Source of the DNA: a virus
Taxonomy: Duplodnaviria; Caudoviricetes
IMG/VR virus record: IMGVR_UViG_3300006127_001273
Coordinates: 32,001 to 96,000 of that record
DNA: 64,000 nucleotides
Direction: 5' to 3' (one strand)
The position numbers and the translations under genes were made by a program. The notes below the pieces were generated by a model. That model had not been told where the DNA came from and searched no databases. It was given only the letters and a program-made list of their open reading frames with translations. Positions 48,033 through 57,545 of the stretch are shown here, piece by piece; positions within the stretch are counted from its first letter, which is position 1; every line of letters begins with the position of its first letter.

Positions 48033-48379
48033 AAACTGACTATATCCTTGACACTTCTTTTATTTTTAATGTCAGTATATTTGACAGAATATTCATTTAC
48101 TGTTTGAAAATACACGTCAACGATATCATTGAAAAATTGCTGAACATCATTAATTACAACAGGAAAACTATTTGCATCGATAAACGGAACATCTTCTGTA
48201 TGTCCTAAATCTAATGTTAATTTTGTAAATGTAATTAGTTCAGGCGAAACATTAAATGTACCGCCATTGATATAATAGACTGTTTTTTGTTTAAATTCTT
48301 CTAGAATCACTCGACGTTGATTCGACAATGTAGCCATATAATTTGCTACATCAAAGGCTTTTTCAATTCGTTCATCCAT
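48029..48379 (-). CDS. Hypothetical protein (possible tail-fibre assembly factor)
   Basis: Follows the fibre genes; GAGG RBS. Confidence 0.5.
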   Translation of the reverse strand: MDERIEKAFDVANYMATLSNQRRVILEEFKQKTVYYINGGTFNVSPELITFTKLTLDLGHTEDVPFIDANSFPVVINDVQQFFNDIVDVYFQTVNEYSVKYTDIKNKRSVKDIVSL

Positions 48380-48430
48380 AAGATAACCTCAGTAGTTTTT
48401 ACTACTTTAGTTATCTGAGTATATTATAGT

Positions 48431-49414
48431 TTAGACGAAACTTGAGTTAGTTGCTGTCGGTCCGACTACTGATACATATGAACCCGATGCTCTAGTATAA
48501 GCAACAGTACTAGTAATTATACTATCAATAGGTTCGTTTGCATGAAGTGAGGTATCTTCGTATAAAATTTGAAATATTATTTGTGACGGATTTGGTGTTG
48601 CATTAACTTTTGCATTTACCACCAATCGATTTGGGTAATAAGTCCCTCCGTCTGTCGATGTGATTGAAGTGAGTAACGATTGATACGAAGTTGTTAAATT
48701 ATTAAAACCGATTCCTGAAGAAACATACACAGTCTGGCTCGGCCCGCTTGTATATTGTGTATTAGTGCAGCTAGTTGAATTAAAATTAAAATAAAGTGTA
48801 CCAACTCTATTAAATGCTGTTTTCCATGCCAGATCTAATGCAGTCGACGGAGTTGACGAGTCTAACCCACCACCAGAAATAGTCGGAGTTATTTCAATTC
48901 GTCCGCCTGCATTAAAAAAATATCTTGCACAGTCGGATGCAGAAACTGGGATATTTTGTCCGTTTGTATATGCAGGAAAATTGACGGTCATAGTATGGGT
49001 TGCTAATCCGCTCCAATTTGTTTTAGTAGGGGAATCAATAACAGTTCCGCTATACTGTCCCGCTGCCGGAAAAGCTAGTCGATTTACATTTAAATTTATT
49101 GCATCTACAATACTATTATATAATGTATAATCTGCTTGGGTTATTTCTATTGTGTTAGACGGAGCAGCAGGTAGTTGAAGGGTTAATCCTTGATGATAAT
49201 AACAGGCCAATATATCATTTCTTAATGCTGCCCACTGTGCCGCAGTGATCTCAGTATACTGAGCTGCCCTGCTACTAGTAACGTTTTGGCCATATCCATA
49301 TAGTTGACTAATGTCAGTAATCGGTGTATTAGCATACGAGCCGGATCCTTGACCTAATATACTTGCAACTGATCCTTGTAATGCATTATATTGTGCTGCT
49401 TGAATAGTTCCCAT
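48431..49414 (-). CDS. Tail fibre-like structural protein, paralog A
   Basis: Ser/Thr-rich; 'GYGQ', 'RYFFNAGGRIEITP'. Confidence 0.65.
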   Translation of the reverse strand: MGTIQAAQYNALQGSVASILGQGSGSYANTPITDISQLYGYGQNVTSSRAAQYTEITAAQWAALRNDILACYYHQGLTLQLPAAPSNTIEITQADYTLYNSIVDAINLNVNRLAFPAAGQYSGTVIDSPTKTNWSGLATHTMTVNFPAYTNGQNIPVSASDCARYFFNAGGRIEITPTISGGGLDSSTPSTALDLAWKTAFNRVGTLYFNFNSTSCTNTQYTSGPSQTVYVSSGIGFNNLTTSYQSLLTSITSTDGGTYYPNRLVVNAKVNATPNPSQIIFQILYEDTSLHANEPIDSIITSTVAYTRASGSYVSVVGPTATNSSFV

Positions 49415-49426
49415 ATGCGACCTCTA

Positions 49427-50386
49427 TTATGTAAATGACGATGTTGTTAATGACGGCGGGACTACAGATACATAAGATCCCGATGCTCTAGTATATGATA
49501 TTGTGCTTGTTATAGTGCTATCAACTGGTTCTTTAATTGCCCATGTTGCAGATCCTGTACCGAGAGAAGAATCGGAAAATGTAATTTGATACAATATAGC
49601 AGTCGGATTTGGTGTTACGTCAACTTTTGCAAAAATTTGATATTGATTCGGATAATATGTCCCGCCACTCGGCGTTGTTGATGTTACTAACAGTTGAAAT
49701 GCTGTCGTTAATTGATATGCACCAACTGCGGATGCAACGGTCACAGTTTGCCCCGAACCACTTGTATAATTAGTATTTGTAACTGCACTTGAGTTATAAT
49801 ATAAATATGCCGTTCCCATTCTGTTAAAAATAGTTTGCCATGCAATGTCTAGAGAAGTTGATGCATCAGTAGTAGATAAACCGCCGCCTGCAATAGTCGG
49901 AGTAATTTCGATCCTGCCGCCTGCATTAAAAAAATATCTAAATGCATTTGCCGATCCAAAACTTAAAGTTGCTGTATGATTATGTGTACCCCATGCCATA
50001 TTAGTCATTGTAGGATTGGCTAATACCGTTCCGCTATACTGCCCTGCTGCTGGAAATACTTGAGGATTAGTACCAATTGCGGTCACTGCACTCGAATATG
50101 CTGCAAAACATATAGAAGAACTATTATCGTAATAAACTTTATTTCCTACTGCGGGTGCCGAAATTGCCCTCGGTAATGTTATCCCTTGATGAATTACACA
50201 TTTATTAATATCGTTAACTAAATTTGTCCATTCAGTTGTAGTAATTTTATTTGTATTGCTAACTTGAGCACTAGAGACAGTTTGCCCGTAACCACGCACT
50301 CCAGACCCTGTTCCTAATAAATTCGAAACTGTAGTTTGGAGTGTGTTATAATCACTTGCTAATACTTTTGATCCTTGACTTGCCAT
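49427..50386 (-). CDS. Tail fibre-like structural protein, paralog B
   Basis: Shares 'FPAAGQYSGTV', 'RYFFNAGGRIEITPTI' and 'YTRASGSYVSVV' with paralog A. Confidence 0.65.
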   Translation of the reverse strand: MASQGSKVLASDYNTLQTTVSNLLGTGSGVRGYGQTVSSAQVSNTNKITTTEWTNLVNDINKCVIHQGITLPRAISAPAVGNKVYYDNSSSICFAAYSSAVTAIGTNPQVFPAAGQYSGTVLANPTMTNMAWGTHNHTATLSFGSANAFRYFFNAGGRIEITPTIAGGGLSTTDASTSLDIAWQTIFNRMGTAYLYYNSSAVTNTNYTSGSGQTVTVASAVGAYQLTTAFQLLVTSTTPSGGTYYPNQYQIFAKVDVTPNPTAILYQITFSDSSLGTGSATWAIKEPVDSTITSTISYTRASGSYVSVVPPSLTTSSFT

Positions 50387-50414
50387 TCGCTACCCTCAAT
50401 GCTAATACTTAGTG

Positions 50415-51917
50415 TTAAAGTATTAGACATTCAACAAGTTTGATAGTCGGATCGTTATTATCTTCTAATGCAATTGCAAAAATATCCGGTGACTGTGGAT
50501 CTGCTACCGCAGCACTTCCATTATTACCAGCAAATAATCTATTTCCTTTCTTAACTTTTCCAGAAACTTTAACTGGAACACGACCTTTTAATGCAATAAA
50601 GGTGCCGCCTTCTAACTCTGCATTCATCATATAAGCAGGATTTTCACTAACGGCACCGATTGCACGTTGTCCCGGTTGACATGCAGTAACTTCCTTTTCA
50701 CCGCCGATCATAACAACTGTACCAACGTCATATTCTACATCAGCAAGATACTTTTCTGCTAAGTCTGCATAGTTTGCACTAGTAGCAGTACCGACGAAGT
50801 ATGTGCCTTGAACTGCACCAGCAGTAATCGTTACACCATTGATTGTTTGATCAGCTGTTGTTCTAGCAACAATAGTCCCTGCGGTTGCTGCAATCGATGC
50901 TGATGATGTTCCAGTGCCTAATGTTACAGTATTCGCTTGTGTAGCAATACCATTAAATGTAACTGCATTAATTGTAGCAAATCTCAATACGTTGCTGCCT
51001 AAATTTGAAGTTGCATCAACCCCAGGGACTATATTAGAACCGATTAATTTTATCGGTGTTACTGTAGCAGAATTTACAGTTGTCTGAAAAACAATTGTAT
51101 CTCCAAATTGATTTTGAATAGTAGGAGTAGTTGCACCGTCGTTAAATACGTGTAATTTTGGAGTATTACCGACAGTAAATCCAGCATCACTAAAATTAGC
51201 AAGAGTTGTAAATTGTAAATTACTATTTCTTACAAAGTCACTAAGGGGATAGCCTCCTAACCTGTCCGAATCTGTTGCTGTTCCCCAAAAACGATGTGTA
51301 GTAGTTGTTTGTCCAGGTTGGTTATCATCGTTTGTATCGATTAACGTAACACCTTGTTGTACTTTTGTAAATCCGGTAATCGGATTTACAATAGGATCTA
51401 GAGCAAATTCTGCATCTGGGCTAATAATGAACACCGTGGTACCGTTAGTAACTGCTGCGATAATTGTATGTGATGTTCCATATGTGTCTCGAACACTTCT
51501 CGATACCATTTCAGTTGTTGCAGAGCCAGGTACTGCTTGAGGACCAATTAATATGAAATTCGACCCGTCCCACGCATATAATTGCTTATTTGTTGTATCA
51601 AACCAAAAATCACCAGTTGTTAAACCAGTTGGTTGTATACCGCCAATTTCGGCGCCGCCTGTTGTGCGAAATTTATTTCCATCATAAAATTTTAGTTTAC
51701 TCGATGATGAATCAAACCAAATTTGTCCCGAAATGGGTCTCGGCGGCGGAGTATTGTTAGCAAAATTTTCCAATAAGTATAGAAAATTCTCATTTTGAGC
51801 GGTTCCGTACCCTGCGTAATTCTTACCAACAATTGTAATATCAGTTGTATTATCAATTGTTCCGTCTGGAATCACCGAAAGTTGCGATCCGTTATATCTG
51901 TTAATAGTATATGGCAT
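50415..51917 (-). CDS. Tail fibre/baseplate protein with a C-terminal chaperone-like domain
   Basis: Shared N-domain 'GKNY..YG...ENFL.LLENFAN...GQIWFD'; C-terminal 'YADLAEKY...ALKGRVPVKV'. Confidence 0.65.
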   Translation of the reverse strand: MPYTINRYNGSQLSVIPDGTIDNTTDITIVGKNYAGYGTAQNENFLYLLENFANNTPPPRPISGQIWFDSSSSKLKFYDGNKFRTTGGAEIGGIQPTGLTTGDFWFDTTNKQLYAWDGSNFILIGPQAVPGSATTEMVSRSVRDTYGTSHTIIAAVTNGTTVFIISPDAEFALDPIVNPITGFTKVQQGVTLIDTNDDNQPGQTTTTHRFWGTATDSDRLGGYPLSDFVRNSNLQFTTLANFSDAGFTVGNTPKLHVFNDGATTPTIQNQFGDTIVFQTTVNSATVTPIKLIGSNIVPGVDATSNLGSNVLRFATINAVTFNGIATQANTVTLGTGTSSASIAATAGTIVARTTADQTINGVTITAGAVQGTYFVGTATSANYADLAEKYLADVEYDVGTVVMIGGEKEVTACQPGQRAIGAVSENPAYMMNAELEGGTFIALKGRVPVKVSGKVKKGNRLFAGNNGSAAVADPQSPDIFAIALEDNNDPTIKLVECLIL

Positions 51918-51962
51918 CTCTGTGTCCTACATGTCTAGTATTTATTTTATTTTAGGCAGTTA

Positions 51963-53621
51963 TTATAGGTCAGCCTGCCACGACCATGTTCCGTTTATCA
52001 GTTGATATTCTTTAGTAGTTCTTACACCAGCAGCGATACAGTGGATTCTACATATTGTACTATTAACGTGTTCATATGGCGGATAAACCTTTGTAATAAT
52101 TACGCTAGCGATTTGATCATTAGCTAATCCTGTAGTATCTGACGATAATCCTAACGGTGCTTGTTGTATATTATGTGCAAGATCATTTAAATTTACGGCA
52201 TCAGTAGGGTTAATTGCACTTGCTAAACTCGAAATTCTCTTACTGCTAACATCAACAGTTCCTTGATTCTTTGGGGCTAATGTAATAGTTCCGTCTATAA
52301 CCGATGGATTAGTGTAAGTAATGGTCGAATTAGTAACAGAAATACTAGAAACTTGTAATGATCCTAATACTCCGATAGATGTTAATCCCGGAGCACTAAT
52401 TACTGTCGATCCTAATGTTGTCTGGCTCAATACTTCAAATCCGTTTACATAGTATCCTTTCCCCGTTGCTACACTAATATTCTCTGATGAGGTCCAACTT
52501 GTGTTAGTTAATTTCCATTCCCATGTTTTATTACCGTCAGAACCAGCTTCGATACTAATACCACCACCATTTGCTGTAGTATTTGATGGATTTGATACTG
52601 CACCTAATTGAATAACTAAATCTTCAACATTAACATTAACTGTATTAATTGTTGTAGTATTACCTTGAACTGTTAAACTACCTCGAATGATCGTGTCACC
52701 GTTTACATCTAGTGTAGCTGTAGGTGTGTTAGTGTAAATTCCTACTTTTTCTTGCTGTGCATTAACAAATATGCTCGACAATAATCCCGAACTGTTTAAT
52801 GTGTTAATTTCGAAATTTTGATTTGAAATATTTGATGCTATTTGAAATAACGACGGAGTTACAATAACTTCAGTATCTTGATTTTGACCTAAAATTAATG
52901 AAGTATTATTTTGTATAGTTAAGGTTCCTAACATCGTTGCATTGTTAATCGACGAAACGAAATTTTCCGGATACATTGCTGTACCATCATGTGCGATTAA
53001 ATAATCTGCCTGTGTAACCGGCACATGCAATTTAACTCCCGCGTAATTGCTTGCGGTAAATCCAACATAGATGCTACCTGTAATACCGGATATAGGAGTT
53101 AACGGAGTAAATTCGGTCTTACTAAGTACGCCGATTAGAACTTGTGAAACGTAAACTTTAACAATAGTATGACTACCTTGATTCGAATCAATTACATCTT
53201 CAACAGAAAAACCAGAAATTCCTTGATCTTTAGAATAAACTGGGCCTGCTAATACTAGATTAGAACCATCATAAAAATGTAATTGGTCATTACTACTATC
53301 AATCCACAAATCTCCTTGTGTAAATGATGCAGGTTGTGTGCCTTGTACTATTGTTCCGCCAGATACTTTAAATGTAGAACCGTCGTATACTTTTAGTCGT
53401 CCGGTGCTAGTATCATACCATAATTGACCAGCTGTTGGATTATTAGGTTGCGAAGTATTTGCAAAATTTTCTAGTAGATATACAAAATTTTCATTAATAT
53501 ATGTACCATAATTACTTGCATCTTTACCGATTAGTGTTAGATCAGTCGAAGTTTGATTAATAGATCCATCTACTATTTCAGCTACAGTTGATCCATCGGT
53601 TTTTAATATAGTATAACTCAT
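51963..53621 (-). CDS. Tail fibre/baseplate protein
   Basis: Same N-domain family ('ENFVYLLENFAN...GQLWYD'). Confidence 0.65.
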   Translation of the reverse strand: MSYTILKTDGSTVAEIVDGSINQTSTDLTLIGKDASNYGTYINENFVYLLENFANTSQPNNPTAGQLWYDTSTGRLKVYDGSTFKVSGGTIVQGTQPASFTQGDLWIDSSNDQLHFYDGSNLVLAGPVYSKDQGISGFSVEDVIDSNQGSHTIVKVYVSQVLIGVLSKTEFTPLTPISGITGSIYVGFTASNYAGVKLHVPVTQADYLIAHDGTAMYPENFVSSINNATMLGTLTIQNNTSLILGQNQDTEVIVTPSLFQIASNISNQNFEINTLNSSGLLSSIFVNAQQEKVGIYTNTPTATLDVNGDTIIRGSLTVQGNTTTINTVNVNVEDLVIQLGAVSNPSNTTANGGGISIEAGSDGNKTWEWKLTNTSWTSSENISVATGKGYYVNGFEVLSQTTLGSTVISAPGLTSIGVLGSLQVSSISVTNSTITYTNPSVIDGTITLAPKNQGTVDVSSKRISSLASAINPTDAVNLNDLAHNIQQAPLGLSSDTTGLANDQIASVIITKVYPPYEHVNSTICRIHCIAAGVRTTKEYQLINGTWSWQADL

Positions 53622-55828
53622 GAAGTAACTCCGGTATAAATGATGTAATTAATAGTAGTATATGGATTCATAGTATTAACAGGTTGTGCCAATCTGTTTG
53701 ATACCACTCCTCCTGAATATTGATAACCGTATCCAGCGTTATTAGTTTGTGAAAGACCGTATCCTGCAATTGCCGAGCTGTCTGTAACATTCGGGGCGCC
53801 GACTGCGTAATACTGGTTGTTACCACTGCTCATATTATGTGTATGATCAGGTAGATTAGACGATAATAATGTTTGTTTCTCGTATCCTGCACCCGCACCT
53901 AATGTATCAGCAGTGACGTCTGTAACACGATTAGCTGCACCGCCGCCTGCATTAATTAAGATATTCGTACTTTCTTTGCTCGGTACAGTCAATTTATTAT
54001 TCATATTGTCTGCACCTAATGGGAATCGACCTCTCAAATCCGGTAATGCAAATGTATTATATCCTAACAACAATGCACTTGCTCGGTACGAGTATTGAAT
54101 AACTTGGAATAACGTACTATATTTTGAAATTTGAACTTCACTTCCGTCACATAACAAATATCCTGTTGGAATAATCGTTCCTGCAAACGGAAATATTGCG
54201 CCTACCGGTACCACTGGTAGGTTAGAAATAATTGTTTGTTTCGATGTTTTTCTTAAAATAGTATTAGTAGTGTTAGTTAACGGATTTGTAGTCGTTCTGC
54301 TAATCAAGAAATAATCAGTTGACTTAGTATCAGTTACTTCTGTTCTGTCTGCAATAATAGTCGAACTTACACTTGTATTAAATGTTGCTGTTCCGCCTGC
54401 ACCAGTAAATGTTAAATTATCACTAGTTATATCGCCAGCAAGATTAAATATGGTCGATGTCGCTAGTGAAGTCGAACTACCATTTATGTTACCATTAAAT
54501 GTTCCGGTAAAAATACCTAAGAAATTCGATGATCGGTCTGACTTACCAAATGTAGTAGCATATACGTTTCTAAACGAAATAGTATCAGAACCGATGTCGT
54601 AATAACCATTAGCAGACGATGTTCCCGGAATCATTACTGAACCAGTCATTGGCTGTAAATTATTATTGAGATTATTAAACGATATAGATCCATTTACAAT
54701 CGAATTTCCGCCAACATATAATCCCTTGTTAACCGCTAATCCGCCGTTTGTTACAATGCTAGCGTTCGATATACTTAATAATCCATTAGTTTTTATGTCG
54801 TTTGTTCCATTTACTACTATCTGTCCGCTAATTGTAGGGACACTAACAGTATCGTCTTTAACTGTAACAACACCGGCGACATCCAATGCTGTCGCCGGTG
54901 CTGTATTATTAGGACCAACTCCGACTCGTGCATTGGCATTAAGGTATAGTACAGATTCCGACGCACCGGTACTATTTTTTAGTAGGAAGTTGATTCCCCT
55001 ACCTGATGTATTTGAATTAAAAATTACTACACTTGTTGAAGCACTAAGATTAAAACTTAAATCACCGCCTATACTAATACCACCGTCGCTTCGAATGTTA
55101 AGAGGATTATTTGTGACACTTACAATGTCACTTCTTAAAAAGTTGCTCGAATTAACAGTTGTACCATTTACGTTTAATGCGTCTGCTTCGCTTGCTCTTC
55201 CCCAAAATTTTGTAGGTGCGGTTGTACTAGACTTGTTAACTGAATTTAACGTAATTCCTTGATTAATCGAAGAAAACCCTAATATAGTAGTCTTTGGTGT
55301 AAATGCTGCATTACTAACTATTGCAACTAGCGTACCGTCAGAGTATATTCCGGTTACATTGTGTGTTACGTTACTGATATCTGTGATAGGTACAACTTGT
55401 GAACCGGTTTGAAATCCTGCACTAAACTGAGGTCCTACTAATAACCATGTTGATCCTGAATACACATACACTTGATTATTTGCGGTGTCTACCCACATAT
55501 CACCAGAAAGTGCCGATGTTGGTGCAATGTTTGCCTTTCTAATCGATCCGACTGGATTCCATTGTGTTCCGTTATAAACATTAAGTTGATGATTGCCTTT
55601 ATCGTACCATAATTGCCCTTCAAGAGCTTGACCGCCATTTGGTTGATTTTCAGGCGATGCTACGTTTGCAAAATTTTCTAGCAAATGAAGGAAATCTTCT
55701 GCAATAATAGGACCGTAACTTGAATAATTTTTACCTACAAATGTAAGATTAGTGGAATTATTAAGTTGTTGATCTTGTATAGTAATCGGTGCATTAGACG
55801 GATTTGTTGAAGTAATTGTATAACTCAT
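53618..55828 (-). CDS. Short tail fibre with phage tail-collar domain
   Basis: 'PVGAIFPFAG..IPTGYLLCDG...Y..LF.VI...F.LPDLRGRF', 'NPY..INYII'. Confidence 0.85.
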   Translation of the reverse strand: MSYTITSTNPSNAPITIQDQQLNNSTNLTFVGKNYSSYGPIIAEDFLHLLENFANVASPENQPNGGQALEGQLWYDKGNHQLNVYNGTQWNPVGSIRKANIAPTSALSGDMWVDTANNQVYVYSGSTWLLVGPQFSAGFQTGSQVVPITDISNVTHNVTGIYSDGTLVAIVSNAAFTPKTTILGFSSINQGITLNSVNKSSTTAPTKFWGRASEADALNVNGTTVNSSNFLRSDIVSVTNNPLNIRSDGGISIGGDLSFNLSASTSVVIFNSNTSGRGINFLLKNSTGASESVLYLNANARVGVGPNNTAPATALDVAGVVTVKDDTVSVPTISGQIVVNGTNDIKTNGLLSISNASIVTNGGLAVNKGLYVGGNSIVNGSISFNNLNNNLQPMTGSVMIPGTSSANGYYDIGSDTISFRNVYATTFGKSDRSSNFLGIFTGTFNGNINGSSTSLATSTIFNLAGDITSDNLTFTGAGGTATFNTSVSSTIIADRTEVTDTKSTDYFLISRTTTNPLTNTTNTILRKTSKQTIISNLPVVPVGAIFPFAGTIIPTGYLLCDGSEVQISKYSTLFQVIQYSYRASALLLGYNTFALPDLRGRFPLGADNMNNKLTVPSKESTNILINAGGGAANRVTDVTADTLGAGAGYEKQTLLSSNLPDHTHNMSSGNNQYYAVGAPNVTDSSAIAGYGLSQTNNAGYGYQYSGGVVSNRLAQPVNTMNPYTTINYIIYTGVTS

Positions 55829-55834
55829 ATTGTA

Positions 55835-56440
55835 TTACCCCATTAATCCTGTTAGACTTTGAATTCTTACAGTATAATCGATTTGTATTAAACGATTTAA
55901 CGACTTTTGAACTGGGTGGAAAATTACATGTGTTAATAATAATCCAGTACCGTTCAAATTATATGCAACTAATCCTAATTCATCAAAAACGTAAGAACTA
56001 TTGTTATTAGTTGTATTGTCAAACGCTAACTGATCTGCAGGCTCACCGTAATCTAATAAACACGTAACAAACACATCAGTGTAAGTTGTTCCAGTAACAT
56101 GTCTTGTTTCAATAAAGTTTCTAGTAGGATCAGTATTATTACTCGATGTATCATTAACAACTTTAATATATGTTTGATTATATAAACTCGCATTTGACCC
56201 CGAACTATTCGGCGACAAATACGTAATAATACCTGTTGGATCTACTGCTGTACCTCCATTACCAAACGCCATTTGATATACGAAACTATCTCCGGTATTT
56301 GCAATAGATCGAGCTAATGCTATACTCATATTTTCATAATGAATTGCATTCCTTTTATTAACATACGTAATTTTTTCAACAGGATCATGAATATGAATAT
56401 GACCTTCAATATGTATGCCTGTTAATTCTCTTTTTTCCAT
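55835..56440 (-). CDS. Baseplate/tail structural protein
   Basis: 'FDELGL...LLTHVIFHPVQKS'; late motif GATAAATA upstream (56461-56468, - strand). Confidence 0.6.
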   Translation of the reverse strand: MEKRELTGIHIEGHIHIHDPVEKITYVNKRNAIHYENMSIALARSIANTGDSFVYQMAFGNGGTAVDPTGIITYLSPNSSGSNASLYNQTYIKVVNDTSSNNTDPTRNFIETRHVTGTTYTDVFVTCLLDYGEPADQLAFDNTTNNNSSYVFDELGLVAYNLNGTGLLLTHVIFHPVQKSLNRLIQIDYTVRIQSLTGLMG

Positions 56441-56487
56441 ACGAAACTCTCTTTATTGTATATTTATCAAGCACATTAACTACTAAT

Positions 56488-57540
56488 TTAATTCAAATTA
56501 TCCCAACTTGTACCGTTAAAAACCTGTAATTTTAAAGACGAACTATTAAATAGAACTGAACCAGGTACTACACCCGTTAAATTATTTCTTTCAATAACAG
56601 AATATGACGGAAATACTATAGGTGCTGTCGGAACAATATTACCTCGAATAATACCGTCTGATATAATCGACGGAGCTGATATTGTTCTGTTAGAATTTAA
56701 TTTTAAATTAACAGCATCATATGTTACAATTGCATACGGTGTATTCAACGTAGGTTCTATCAGATTAATTTCAGCTACAACTGCATCTAATGTTATTGTA
56801 TTATTAGAGATGTCAGTTTCATAATCGGAAATTTGTGTCTCATTTGAAATAATTTGGCTGTTAAGTTGAGCTATATGTGTTGTTCTATTTTGAGAAGGCG
56901 GTTGGGCTTGCCAATACGCCAAATCGGTTTGTGCCGAAGCCAATGCTGTTTGTGCTGTTGATAACTGTGAATTTAAAGTTCCAATATTATCCTCTAATGA
57001 ACTTTGTTGGTTTAATAAATTTTGATAAAAAGAGTAAGCAGCACTAGCATTTCCGAGCACGTGAATTTGTGTAGAATCTATATTACCAGTTACATTCCCA
57101 GTTACATTCCCAATTATATTACCAGTTACATTCCCAGTTAAGTTACCAGTTACATTCCCAGTTACATTCCCAGTTACATTCCCAGTTAGCGAATTAACTG
57201 AAATCGTTATATTCTTTGTTGTATTATCAGTTGAGATTGTAACATTATCGCCTGCTACAAAAGAAAGAGTTGTTTCTAAGGAATCAGCAATAACAGTATC
57301 GTGCCCTGCAACTTCAATTTTTGATATAGATCCTCGATTCGGTTGGCTATTTGTAATTACAAATCTTCCTAGCGAGCCTGAGATTGCAATACCTTGCCCG
57401 GCTGAAATATTTGTTACGCTATTACTAATTGCTGAATACAGTTCAGTAAAATTAGAATTAACTTTTAACGCACCTTGTCTAAGAGTATCTCCGGTTCCAT
57501 CATTGGGGGTTAATCCGACATTAATTAATTGCTGTGACAT
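56488..57540 (-). CDS. T4 gp9/gp10-like baseplate/fibre protein with GNVT repeats and a coiled coil
   Basis: N-terminal 'QLINVG..PNDGTGDTLR.G..KVN.NF.ELY'. Confidence 0.7.
   Translation of the reverse strand: MSQQLINVGLTPNDGTGDTLRQGALKVNSNFTELYSAISNSVTNISAGQGIAISGSLGRFVITNSQPNRGSISKIEVAGHDTVIADSLETTLSFVAGDNVTISTDNTTKNITISVNSLTGNVTGNVTGNVTGNLTGNVTGNIIGNVTGNVTGNIDSTQIHVLGNASAAYSFYQNLLNQQSSLEDNIGTLNSQLSTAQTALASAQTDLAYWQAQPPSQNRTTHIAQLNSQIISNETQISDYETDISNNTITLDAVVAEINLIEPTLNTPYAIVTYDAVNLKLNSNRTISAPSIISDGIIRGNIVPTAPIVFPSYSVIERNNLTGVVPGSVLFNSSSLKLQVFNGTSWDNLN
57080..57188 (-). repeat. 12-nt tandem repeat (about 9 units) encoding GN(V/L/I)(T/I)
   Basis: CCAGTTACATTC units on the + strand. Confidence 0.9.
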
Positions 57541-57545
57541 CTTTA

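Noticed and set aside
54666-55262. 198-aa + strand ORF, and similar antisense ORFs at 35236-35805, 61063-61452 and 3153-3545
   Set aside because: They lie opposite well-supported genes, lack an RBS or motifs, and are expected shadows of biased codon usage.
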